Below, piece by piece: positions 36,901 to 47,300 of a stretch of 64,000 nt of DNA. The stretch is from Diplonema japonicum (Eukaryota; Protista; Euglenozoa: Diplonemea): the NCBI GenBank assembly GCA_964019335.1, contig OZ025707.1:447803-511802 (forward strand), given 5' to 3'. The notes under the pieces are model-generated. The model made no database searches. It saw only the letters and a list, made by a program, of their open reading frames with translations, and was not told the origin of the DNA. Numbering within the stretch: position 1 is the stretch's first letter; each line of letters opens with the position of its first letter. Both the position numbers and the translations under genes were made by a program.

Positions 36901-38069
36901 GTGACAAGACAACATGCAGCAACAGGAAGCTTATCGCGAAGGACGTCAAGGCTTGGGTGAAGATCACATTCAGAGTAGACAGAAGGAACCATGATGCCAC
37001 GCTGACCGGCTTCACCAGCAATCTACTCAAGCAGCTGGACAGGGTGGCGAAGGCAAGGCTGCCGCTGACAAAGAGAAAGATGTCTTCAAGACGTGGATCA
37101 AAAATGGGGTTGGAAGTAAACAAGGCAACTATTTCAGACTTTGGCGTTGGACTCTTGAGCATCGTGGCCGATGCTGTGCTGTATGTTGTGTTGCAGGGCG
37201 ATCCTTGGGTGGATGCAGTGTCCAGCACAGACAGGCTCCCACGGCAGTATGAGTTCGAGTCCATGATCAGAGATCTTGCTTCGAACCCCCCCCGCCCCAA
37301 CGTTGTTATGACGCTGCAGCAAGGCAAGCTTGTGGCTTTGATCTCCGCACATTCTGAGGACAACGCATTCGAGATCAAGCAAGGCCTGAAGCGGGGGAAG
37401 CCCGTGTCAGGCGGCTTCATTGTGGTTGACATTCTGGAGCACATCACTGTATCGCTGTCAACGACTGATTACTGCGCGCACAAGATCGACAGGGCTTGTC
37501 GTAGCGGGGAGTTGTCTCAGTTCGGAGAGATAGCTTTTTTTGGATGCGGTGTGTCGCCTGTGGATTGCAACTATGAGCGGGACATCGCCGCGTTATTCAT
37601 ACAGGCCTTCTCCACCGGCTGCAAGACCCGCAAGAAGTTCAAACCACGCATGGCATTGGCTTTGGAAGACTTGCAGTCACGATACCATGTGACACAGGAG
37701 GAGGAAGGCTGTCTTAAAGACATCGCCCTCGATATGTACAACGACAAGATTCTGATGCTCGTCAACGAAGAGGATACCCTGCGATGGGACAAGATCACGT
37801 GGGAGCGTGAAGAGAGAAGCGATATCCATAGCAGAGTCAGCCGGGTTCTCTTTGCTGCCGAGGATCGGGTCCGAGCCTGCAACGCATCGCAAGAGCACCT
37901 TGAATTCAAAGAGGCTCTCCTGAGATGGCACGTGGAGGCTACTCGTCTTGTCGGTTTGAAACACTTACGACAGCACCACCGCCTCGTCACCACCTTCCAC
38001 ACCAGCCGTGACAAGATCGAGCGGCAGGAAGTCGCCGGCTTCTCGGCTCTTAAAAGCACAATCCTTTAA
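33903..38069 (+). CDS. 1388-aa protein: disordered Pro/Ser N-terminus, degenerate caspase-fold (peptidase C14-like) domain, IQ-like motif
   Basis: KRAAVVIGV…GIERDVEQVANALHSIGF…PTKVNILDGI…TVLVFYQGL…LVYVDATS…YFVKG follows the C14 strand order but has no catalytic HG or DAC. AALFIQAFSTGCKTRK is IQ-like. Confidence 0.65.
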   Translation: MGSEKYRVAEVTTYNASFLSPIDDCLGKCSLQKVTKGFSPQWSGDVNRKKLKELAVLVGVGGEWRDPPASKTVIRSYKSITLPAKAGYIKGLPRMKQGRKKRGAARPPSAKITYRMEPVTVSNIPYIPVVNEQLRGKLPSRPQSASAQQPPPPPVGIDFNATTPVTNVVPSLSCVKKHFYGSIAAGFKIPAADVPGPSWESLDYQPPQLSGSLAKDPTLTYSTGPVATLSDRVKAEKDKKRFVFSEDDNKTEEKEVGEGKEWEPTTNKREVNKNVQEAHPPALRNSFSLKKRLPHAGTKGRKGSPSDVFGFWEDNLPSTVPEMPLADNVHVSPPASPASPAVPLAPLEPVPHLQKDIPPVPSLVSAPAPVLIHVPTPLPVPDPVPIVVSEPDPQSEAEFAPPEVAEEKVVTPIAIPQVSFTQASPLLSMMTCTCTITAALNLVVFSLPSPSPVITAPDLEVIPADDSEAASCEQDVNPDDLEISALEISDLEEDIVTIPTSPAFGDFCDSVPVLVLAAAVCQSNVITRCGSFGIMNNSCSLIDSVSLILDEQGSRSSASTPKAESLLPPGLAVKRDSMESIALSHTSHTTDATTSSISAYCFVPRTRSRKSIPTIPKKKSLRSPKSRRMKRNTTPDITSTVSESTTNLLSLAAAVKEMKRHTVNTLSLIPPVSSFSSPPPSVMGSPLSPKASCKGFGKAAPQQHTFAARIIKAKILGGMAAIAASEMSPPMSVARHKVDPDAISVRVVEKPRKGVAPLDEKKKRAAVVIGVAETVDVRMPCSKGIERDVEQVANALHSIGFRVLLYHTGLESRLPTKVNILDGIREAAVGVDTVLVFYQGLTHVGHLQQQLCSYNEEVDTYLFTQDTLLGPNMTAEENYLTLRDLQGTGSNLVYVDATSIMQGCLGSSLVHGVAHADCPKSIGGRINGRYELAHRHLMSYYFVKGCQGSALRDRVLTPNSLNVYLAKKLKARGIEVSTNSSSLKIGDLVLADKTDYGTRCDKTTCSNRKLIAKDVKAWVKITFRVDRRNHDATLTGFTSNLLKQLDRVAKARLPLTKRKMSSRRGSKMGLEVNKATISDFGVGLLSIVADAVLYVVLQGDPWVDAVSSTDRLPRQYEFESMIRDLASNPPRPNVVMTLQQGKLVALISAHSEDNAFEIKQGLKRGKPVSGGFIVVDILEHITVSLSTTDYCAHKIDRACRSGELSQFGEIAFFGCGVSPVDCNYERDIAALFIQAFSTGCKTRKKFKPRMALALEDLQSRYHVTQEEEGCLKDIALDMYNDKILMLVNEEDTLRWDKITWEREERSDIHSRVSRVLFAAEDRVRACNASQEHLEFKEALLRWHVEATRLVGLKHLRQHHRLVTTFHTSRDKIERQEVAGFSALKSTIL

Positions 38070-38204
38070 CAGGGATTTCTCTTTCTTCTTCTTCTTCTTC
38101 TTCCTTCTAAGCACAATTAAAGTATCCCCCTATTTTTTTTTTTGAACGTCGTTCAGCGAGTAAAGCATAGTTTTTTTCAACCACACCTTAGCAGGGCGGC
38201 AGTT

Positions 38205-40561
38205 ATGACCGCAGCGCACGTCAGGGCGAACTGGCCTATGGACCCGCGAGTGGCACAGCTGGAGGAAGGGATGAGGTATGAGAGGCACAGAGAGTACGGG
38301 GATGACTCCGGTGTGGACAAGCTGGTGATGCTGTCAACGACAAAGAAGGGCGCGAAGGACACCGGCCCGAGGGGAACAAACCGTGAGAGGGGATTCTACC
38401 AAGGGCCCTACAGCCCTAACTCGACGAGAAAATCGCCACGATCGACACCTGTGCGGCTCGGGTCACGCCACGCTGTGACCCGCAGGGGGTACAGCGATGT
38501 GATATCAGACACTTCATCGAGAAGGGGCACGCCAACGAGGCGAAGAGACTCCATGCGGTCGGGGTCTGTAGGGGTGATCGAGGACCAGGACTTCTCCGAG
38601 GTGGACCCTATCGTTGCCATCCGCAGATTGCTGGAGCTTTCCAAGGTGACGGGAGCGAAGAATTTTGTGTCGCATCTCTGCTGCGCGCTTGCTGACGACC
38701 TGGGCACCATGGACACCATCATGGAGGTGAGGAAGTTCCTGCACTTCGAGCGGACAAGAAGAAACCGCGTGATCCCCCCCCCTGAAGGATGGGAGACAGT
38801 GCGCGCTGCTCTTGTGGAATTCCATGGCACCATCAGAGCAGCCTTCACGAACATGTGCGCAGGTAGGAGAGGCGGTGTCATGAGCAGCCCGGAGCTTCAC
38901 CGTGGGATGATCACAGTTGAAATGCCGCACGTTACGGAATGCATCTTGAATGCTGTGTGCCCCGAGCAGACCATCGCGCCCGACGACATTTTCATCGATT
39001 TTGAAGAGTTCATGTGGATCATGAATGGTTGTGGGGATCAAGGCTCCCCGCCCCCTGCCTCCCCTCGTGTCATGAAAGACGTCGCCGCGACCGCACAGAT
39101 TGAAACCCCCGAGTCCCCCAAAGAGCACACGCCCGTGAAAGAGGTGAGAGTCGAGGCGAAACCTGATAAGTCCGAAAAAGAAAAAAACGATGTGGTCGCG
39201 AACCTTGAGGCTAGACTTGCCCAGCTGGAAGCGGCCTCCAGCAGAGCGAACACCTCACCGCCGCCTGAGCTTCCCTCTGTTCCGCGCTCCCCATCAACGA
39301 AGAACGTTGAGGCCGTAAAATCTCCCATCACCTCAGACCCCGGGAAGAAAACCTTCCCGCAGCTTGTCTCTGTGTGGGGGGACACCGACATCTCCTCTAT
39401 GAACAAACGCAGCAGCAGCCCCGACCCGCCGAAGTCCCCAACGTACTACAAGGTATGCAAACTGACCTGTCAAGCCACGTTGCAGTCGCCATCGATGAGA
39501 CCAGCGACACCCACAAGAAGGGGCAGCACAGCAAGCATCTCTGGCAGCGTGCGATACACGACACCCCCCAAATCCTTGCCACCAGGGAGGCTGCCCGATG
39601 ACGTATGCAATATGAAAAAACAACAAAAAATATTTTATTACCGAACACAGTTCGAAGGTGTGTACCCTGCGAAGATCCCAGTGGGGGGGGCCACCTACGT
39701 CTCGAGGGTCCCGGCACCGAACCACTCATTTGTGAGGCCGCCCAGCCCGACGGCGTCTGTGAGGTCTGCGCGGGGGTACCATGGTCCTGTTTCGCCGGTG
39801 TCGCCAAAAAGCCCTTCTTGGCGTCCTGCAAGCCCCTCTTCGTCTCGCCCGGTCAGCCCTGGACGCTCTGGTCATGGAAGGACATTCTCGATGGGCTCCT
39901 TCGACGGGTCCGTCTCACGCATCTCGTCTAGTATCAAGAGTATGTTAAAATGAGTGTTACGAATATACTTTCTCAGGTCCCGTGAGGCCAAGGGGTTCGA
40001 GTGTGACGAAGCACCCGGGGGTGGTGATGCCGCCACGGTCGCGCCCGCCTGTGACGAGTGCTTTTGATGACGCTGACACGCAGAGTCAGAGCGGGACCTA
40101 CCCCTACCAGAGGGCGTCTTCGGAGGTGGTTGCTACGCCGACACATCACTTTGCACACCAGCCCGGTAGTCCGAGCTCGTTCAAGAAGCCGCCTGGTGCT
40201 AGGGTATGATAAATCAGTGAGCCATTAGAAATTCCAACAACAGAGAAACTCGATTGCTAGCTCGGTGGCGTCGAACACTGTGTCAAAGGGGCCACGTCCT
40301 GACCCCCCGTCCTCTTCTTCCTCAGATGAGGTTATCGAAGCCAACCCAACTGAAGCTTCGTCCCCGAGACATGCGGGTCCGGGGGGCAGCCCCACCATGG
40401 TACCTGCATCGCCTACTGACAGGTCCCTCAGCCCTGGTAACAGCTTGGGTATGAGAATATGAAAAGGAAAAGAATAAAAATAAACAGCTTCGTCTGCATC
40501 TGTCAAAGCCGCGCCGAGGAAACCAGAAAAATTGCCGCCGCCCCCGTTCAATGAGGGGTAG
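38205..40561 (+). CDS. Uncharacterised Ser/Pro-rich protein with EF-hand-like region; introns 39453-39485, 39603-39650, 39940-39976, 40204-40243, 40449-40487
   Basis: All five donors are GTATG and the introns chain ORFs 38142, 39982 and 40265 to a last exon ending …PPFNEG*. EF-like motif IDFEEFMWIM. The first two introns are in frame without stops, so they are inferred only. Confidence 0.65.
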
Positions 40562-41306
40562 AAGGATGTTGTCGAGTTAAATTTGTAGAGGGGGAAAAAA
40601 GAAATTAAGCAGACGACAAAAAAATAAGTAGTAGTAGTTGCTTATATTTAATTATTCAGCTCTCCCTTTTACTCTTCCCCCGCAGTAAGATAAGATTTTT
40701 TTTTGAAGCAACAGAAGAAAGAGGAAATAAAGAAATTAGGTACGAAGTTCGTCTGCTCTTCGGGAAGAGAAGGGGGAAAAGAAATATAATTGATGAGAAC
40801 AAGGGGGCGTCTCACAAAGACTTCCTTTAACTCATATATATATAATTTCTTTGTTGATATCTTTCCAAACTAAGCAGTTGTTGGCTTTCCTCAATAAGAA
40901 ATCAAAATGTATAGTCCTTACCCTCCCCCCGCCCCTTTACTTTTTCTCACCTGTGTGCGCCCTTTTTATTTTTTTCCTTTCTGCCACATACATTCTCTTC
41001 ATATGAAATCCCACCTTTGTACCGTGTCCCAGCACCCCCTCCAGTATCTTGTCTTTTTTTTCCCTTCACCATCCCCCTCTTTTTTTGTTGCCTATCTGTC
41101 ATCTTTGACGGTGCGTGATCTGGAAAAAAAAAAAGGAATGAAAATGAAAGAAAGAAAGCATCCTCAGAGCAGTTTTCTTGTTTTTTGTGTGTGTTAGTTT
41201 CCCTTGTTTTTCTTATATCTCCCATTTGTCTCTTGTTCCCCTTGTTGCTATTTTTTCCCCCTCTTCACAATTTAACACTGCCCCTCATATACGGGCAGGC
41301 TTCACA

Positions 41307-44216
41307 ATGGTGAAAAGAAAGTATGCAACCATCTCTGACCCGAAGGTGTACCGCAGGAGGACCAGTCCCGACGACCTGGAACGTATGGTCGCAGAGCTGA
41401 AGGGCTACCGCACTGCCGAGGTACTGTTCAGGGGTGGCGAAGGAGGCGTTGAAGACAGCACGAAAAAGGTGCAGGAATGGCTGAAGGGGTACCCGGAGAA
41501 GTCCTTCCTGGGACTGATCACCAACGGGGCAGTGGAGGCGCTCGCTGATGGTGTCAACAAAGGCCAAGAAGAGGAAGTGTGTGAGGCAGTGTGGGTCCCA
41601 CTTCTATCGCTCACACACCTGGCGGGCGATGAAGGCTATTCCGTATGCCCCTGCCTTACTCGTTACACCCAGGCAGCTTGTATTCTTCTCAAAAACACAC
41701 TTTCCTTCGGGGCCATTGAAAGCATCCTCCCTGCACTGACCGTTCTTGCCCAAAACGGCACCGCTTGCGACTATTCGCTCGCGATGAGCTCTGTGAGGAC
41801 CCTTGTGGTCCATCATCTCAAAACCGGAGTCCCCAACCCACACATGGCGCCCCTCCTGGCACACCCTTTTACCTCCGCACCCACCACCGATAAGCAGCAG
41901 CTTCATGAAATCTGCAAGACCCTCGTGGCAGCTGCGGTCCCGTCGCAAAGCCTTGTCCTCTTCCTCCGAGAGATCCTCGGAACGCAAGCGATCATCGACG
42001 TTGAAGGGCTGCCCTGCAAGAGGGGCGTCCTGGGGGCGTACACCCTCAGCCTTCTCTTGCTTGACTCCGATAAGGTGGCGTTTCTCGCAGATGTGATAGC
42101 CGTGTTGCCCAACCCCGAGAAGCTCGTGGGACACTTGCTAGATAAGATGAAAGCCAAAGGAGTGAAACGCCACGTGATCGACTGCCTGAAAGGGGTGCTA
42201 AGTGCACCGGGGTTGACCGACGGCATGGTGGACATCATAGGTACCATACTGACTGAGAACCTCAAGGAAGCTGACCTGCTGGTGGCGGCGAAGGCGTTTG
42301 CAGGCGTGAGGGTACTACTGGAGGTACACGGCGAGGCGTGGCACGACGGTGCTGCGATCGCCGGTGTGATGGATGCCTCGTTCAAGACGCTGTTGTCCAC
42401 GTCAGCGAGGCTGCGCTCTGCTTCGGGTAAAACTTTGCTTCTTCTCTTTCGAAAGATGCCCCACCTCGCCCCTCATGATGCCTCTATACTGATCCAGCAA
42501 GCTCTTGTGTTCCTCTCGTCGTTGCCCAAACCGACTGACCTGGACACCAACCTTGTGGAGACGCTGGCAGATGTCCTTGCCTTGCCACAGGTCAGCGGGT
42601 CCTTGTCACTCGTGATGACCATCCCTTACGATGTTGTGAAGGCGAAGTACATTGCAAAGAAGCATAGAAATGTGGAAAGTATGCTCTCAGAACTGCCCGA
42701 CACCTTGTGGGGCGAAGCTGCCAAGTATGTTCCTCAGGAGGCGTACCCGGCAGACACAACGAACGCGAACCTTCTGTGGTTCAGGGCAGCAGCGGAGCCG
42801 CTTATCGCAAACGTTGATGAAGCAGTGCGTAACGTGTTTGAAGGCAACAGGCTGCTGGAAGCGAGGTCCGCATTGAAACTTGCTGCAAAGAATCACCTGC
42901 AGTGGCCTTACAAGCATCAATTTCTTTCGTACTGCCTCCAAGCCCATCCTTTGGAAACCCTGCAGTACATCGACACCTTGCCCGGCACAGACGCACGTGA
43001 GGTCGCCTACCCGCTGCTCATTGATCTGGAAAAAAGAAAGATGTATAGAAAACTGATCGAGCTGCTGACGGCAACGGTGGTGATCTGCAAGGAAAAATGG
43101 TTTGAAACCGCGGAGGGTAAATGGGTAACGGTGCAGGACAAGGTGGAGGACATCGAAAAAGAGGAAGGTGACCCGCAAGACGAGCAGGACAACTACTTGA
43201 AAGACGACCAGCTGAAAAGGGAGAAGCAAGGGTACGTAAAGAGGTTCGCCCAACTCGCTTTTCAAAACGGGATCCTGTCAAGGTACGCCACCTTCGTGTC
43301 GAGGAACATAGCAGACGGCGGCGCTGCGGAGTGCGCAGTTCAGGTCGTGAAGATAGCCCCGGGGGCCGTCATTGACCAGATGGGCCATGCTGCCGTTTCC
43401 AGCTTGACCCCCATCACTGTCAAGGTACTTGCAGAGTGCATAAGGAACGGCTTCCCTGGGGTAAAATTGCTGTCTTCGGTGCTTTCTGATCCAGATGCAG
43501 AAGGTTCATTGAAGGTCTCTGTGGCAGAGGAGCTTGGTGGGTTCCTTCTGAGCGGGCAGGTTCGTGATTCAGTGGACCTTCTCGTGACGATGTCTCTCTG
43601 TGTTGGTTCGCTCGACGCCAAGCTGTCAGGCTGTGCGATTAAATACATCAGATGCCACGTCAAGAGCGATCCGCACCCAGGGCAAGCCGTTGTCAATCTC
43701 TTTACATCGCTTCCTGAGAAGACCAATGTGGGGGTCGCTCTTGCGATCCTTGCCGGGTGTCCCCAGGTTGCTTCTGCCGCGTCGTCTCCCTTTGTGAACC
43801 TGTTGACCGATTCTCTGAAAGCCGCAGCGGAGGGGACACCACTAGACACCCGTGCCTTGGACGTCGCTGAAGTGCTCGCAGCCCTTTCTCACACCGGTCA
43901 CTCTTTGGGTGTTTTGTATACTTATCTTAAACCACTCGTTCCGGAAGGGCAGGACGAGGACCACAAGCTGCCGCAAGCCTTGATTGCATCTCTTTTGAAG
44001 TTAGTGCAGAAACAAGGCAACGAGAAGTCTGGTAAGGGGAACGCTTTGGCAGAACTGTTGAAGCAAGCAAGCGGCAAGACGTCCGGTTACAGGAAGAGAA
44101 GCCACACCGAAACGAAGGCGAGGACCAACGCGCTGAAAGAGTACGAAATTGCTGTCGCCAGCCTGGCGAAGATTAAGAAGCTTGCGGAAAAACCGCTTCA
44201 GGTGTTTACACTCTGA
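41307..44216 (+). CDS. HEAT/ARM-like helical repeat protein (possibly a divergent Scc2/NIPBL or related HAWK)
   Basis: ~970-aa Leu/Ala-rich helical ORF with weak resemblance to Scc2 blocks (see findings). Confidence 0.55.
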   Translation: MVKRKYATISDPKVYRRRTSPDDLERMVAELKGYRTAEVLFRGGEGGVEDSTKKVQEWLKGYPEKSFLGLITNGAVEALADGVNKGQEEEVCEAVWVPLLSLTHLAGDEGYSVCPCLTRYTQAACILLKNTLSFGAIESILPALTVLAQNGTACDYSLAMSSVRTLVVHHLKTGVPNPHMAPLLAHPFTSAPTTDKQQLHEICKTLVAAAVPSQSLVLFLREILGTQAIIDVEGLPCKRGVLGAYTLSLLLLDSDKVAFLADVIAVLPNPEKLVGHLLDKMKAKGVKRHVIDCLKGVLSAPGLTDGMVDIIGTILTENLKEADLLVAAKAFAGVRVLLEVHGEAWHDGAAIAGVMDASFKTLLSTSARLRSASGKTLLLLFRKMPHLAPHDASILIQQALVFLSSLPKPTDLDTNLVETLADVLALPQVSGSLSLVMTIPYDVVKAKYIAKKHRNVESMLSELPDTLWGEAAKYVPQEAYPADTTNANLLWFRAAAEPLIANVDEAVRNVFEGNRLLEARSALKLAAKNHLQWPYKHQFLSYCLQAHPLETLQYIDTLPGTDAREVAYPLLIDLEKRKMYRKLIELLTATVVICKEKWFETAEGKWVTVQDKVEDIEKEEGDPQDEQDNYLKDDQLKREKQGYVKRFAQLAFQNGILSRYATFVSRNIADGGAAECAVQVVKIAPGAVIDQMGHAAVSSLTPITVKVLAECIRNGFPGVKLLSSVLSDPDAEGSLKVSVAEELGGFLLSGQVRDSVDLLVTMSLCVGSLDAKLSGCAIKYIRCHVKSDPHPGQAVVNLFTSLPEKTNVGVALAILAGCPQVASAASSPFVNLLTDSLKAAAEGTPLDTRALDVAEVLAALSHTGHSLGVLYTYLKPLVPEGQDEDHKLPQALIASLLKLVQKQGNEKSGKGNALAELLKQASGKTSGYRKRSHTETKARTNALKEYEIAVASLAKIKKLAEKPLQVFTL

Positions 44217-44317
44217 AATCTCTCATGTGTCGTTTTCTCTTTTTCTTTTTTAACGTACACCTTCATAAACACCCTTATTTTGTGCTCACAATAGACATGT
44301 TATGAATATGAGTACCT

Positions 44318-47300
44318 ATGAGTATCGTGACCTTCGAAAAGGTTGAGGAGCAGTCAGATAGCTCAAGTAACAGTAGCAGCAATTGCAGAGATGTTAGGAC
44401 GGTGAGTAGGCTGTGCGATGCGATGAGTGTGCCTTCGAGCGATTACTTGGAGTGTTTTAGTAGCGGTGATGATACTGAGAGCGAGACCGATGACGAGGAA
44501 CGGGATCCAACCCTCGTGCGACGCATTGTGGAACACCCCTACATGGAGGTAGGGGTCGCCCTTTTGATCTTCGCCAACTGTATCACGCTGGCCCTCGACA
44601 GCCCCGGCGGTGACGAGTCCCCTGTGCTCAATGGGTTCGAGTACTTCTTCACCGTCGCCTTCTTCATCGAGGCTGTGCTCAAAATGATGGCAAAGGGTGT
44701 TATCCATCCCCGTCGCGCGTACCTCCGAAGCAACTGGAACAAATTCGACTTTCTGATTATTGTTATCAACGTGATATGTCTCGTGACCAATGTGGGGAAG
44801 AACGTGTCCTCTATCCGCACTCTGCGTGTTCTGAAGGCGCTTCTCATGGTGGATAGGACCCCGGGCCTCAAGCAGATGGTGGTTGCAACCATCAAGTCGC
44901 TGAAGAGTTTGGCGCACCTTGCGTTGCTGATTCTGTTCATCGTTGTGATCCACAGCATCTGGGCAGTGCAGATGTGGAAAGGCACGTGGAGGTACCGTTG
45001 CGTGAATGCAGAAGGGTTGCTCGACCACACCGGAGGGTGCTCACCGAACATGACCTCTACCGTCTCTCTTGTCATGTCGCATGAGTGTTCCGATGGATAC
45101 AAGTGCCTCCCTGTGGGCAACCCTTCTTACGGCCTTGCGTCTTTCGACAACTTCGGAGCATCGGTTGTGCTCATCGTGCAGTGCATCACTCTCTCAGGAT
45201 GGTCGCAAATCATGGTGCACACCATCGATGCCAACGGGGACTTTCCGATTTTTTTCTTCGGTGGCATCGTTTCCATCAGCAACTACATCGTCCTCCCCCT
45301 CTCCATCATCATCGTGAAGAACGCCCTGCACCGCATCAACACGCACAGACCTCTGTCTCAGAAAAGGACCGCTTTCCGTCTCATGCGCAGCAGCCTCCAC
45401 TCTGCCCCGCCCACGACCCCTTCCAGGCTTTCGAAGCAAGTCTTTCTTGAAGGTCGGAAACAACACAAGTTTCTGATAATTCTAAGTTTTGTAGTTCCAC
45501 CGCTGCTTGTGATAAACGTGTTGCTGATGGCGATGGTGCACTACAAGATGGACAGACGTTGGGAGCAGGCTATCCATGCCTTCGGGACCGCTGCGTCTGC
45601 CTTCTTCTTTTTAGAAGTGGTTACAAAGTTCATGCTACTGCGTCGGTCCTACTTCTCCGACTACTTCAACATCTTCGACCTCATACTAGTCCTGCTGTCT
45701 GTCATCAGCCGGACTGTATTTTCAGGGGATGGCAGTGTTGTCATCGCCTTGCGTGTTCTGCGTCTTGTCCGTGTCATCCGCCTCTTGAAGTCCACGTCCG
45801 TGCGCAGACAAATCGAAGGCATCATCGGCGCGACGAAGAAAACCGGATACATGCTGCTGCTTGTCCTCATTTACACGTTCATGGTCGCACTGTTCCTGAT
45901 GCACATGTACGGCAGTGCTACGGAGGCGTTCTCCTCCTTCAACAAGTCGATTCTGGCTTCGCTTCAGGTCATCACCGGCGACAAGTGGGGCAGCGTTATG
46001 TACGCCGTGATGAACGATCACACTCCAGCGGCTGCTGTAATGTTCATCGTCTTCCATTTTTTGGGGCATTTTCTGACCACAAAGCTCTTTGTCGCCGTGG
46101 TGATGGAATACTACGAGTTCGTACAGGAAGCGCTGGCGACATGTGGGACAAGCGGGAGGCGGAGACGTGCCGACAGCAGGATGAAGAAAAGCATCAAGAC
46201 GGTGGAGAGGCTGAACCATCGCGATCAGACGCAGCGTGATGAGTTGGTGCTGCACATCCAGCTGGCTGTCCCGCACGACTACAGGCACACCCCTGAGCTG
46301 TGTGACGCTTACATGAAGGGCGTGCTGGAGGCGTCTTACGAGAACCATTCAATGGTAGAGCTGTATATGAAAAACGAAGTACGCGGGAAGAAGCTTGTTG
46401 AAGCATTCACACGTGGCAGGGGAACGCGTGAGAGTGTCAGTCGTGACAAACTGTCAGTCCTGTTAGGGTGGTCAGCCACTCTCGCTGCGTTAACCGCCGT
46501 GCAGCCGCATGAGGACCTCGACAACGATGAGAACTCGATGTTCATCTTCCCCCCCTCCGTACGCCAGCACGTGGCATGGGTTGTCAAGAGGCCGTGGTTC
46601 GATAGGATCGCCATCATCCTCGCGCTGCTTTCATGCATCACGTCCGCACTCGGGAGCTTTTATGAACACGAGATCATGGTGGTCGACTACTACATCACGG
46701 GGTTCTTCTTCGTGGAGATGCTCTTGAAATCCGTGGCATACGGGTTCATCAAAGGCGAGGGCGCGTACCTTAAGAACGGCTGGAACCAGTTCGACTTCAT
46801 GATCCTCCTTGTCGTGCTGCTGTCGTACGTGCTGGCTCCTTTGCACATTTCGGTGGTGAAAGTAATCAGATCGCTGAGGGCGATCCGGCCTATGCGGTTG
46901 CTGAAACGGTGGAAGGGTGTCAAGCTGGTTGCCCTGGCATTGGTACGATGCTTGCCAGGTTTGCTATCGGCATTTGCATTGGTATCTTTAGTGTTAATCC
47001 TTTTCGCCGTGTGGGGCGTTAACATCATGAAGGGCAGGTTTGGGCAGTGCACCGTTCCGTATATTGGCGCGATGACCGACTGCCACGGCGAATACTTTTA
47101 CCCCGATAACTTCACAGATTACACCTTTCCTGAAGAGCTGGTGATCAACACGACTGAGGGGGGTTTCATTGTGACGGCTGAGTGGGTGTCGCGCGCCCAG
47201 CACTTCGACCATGTATTCGCAGCAGTGCGCAGCCTCCTCGCTTTGTCCACATACGACAACTGGCGAGCACACTTGGAGCTCTACCAGTCGGTTTGTTTTG

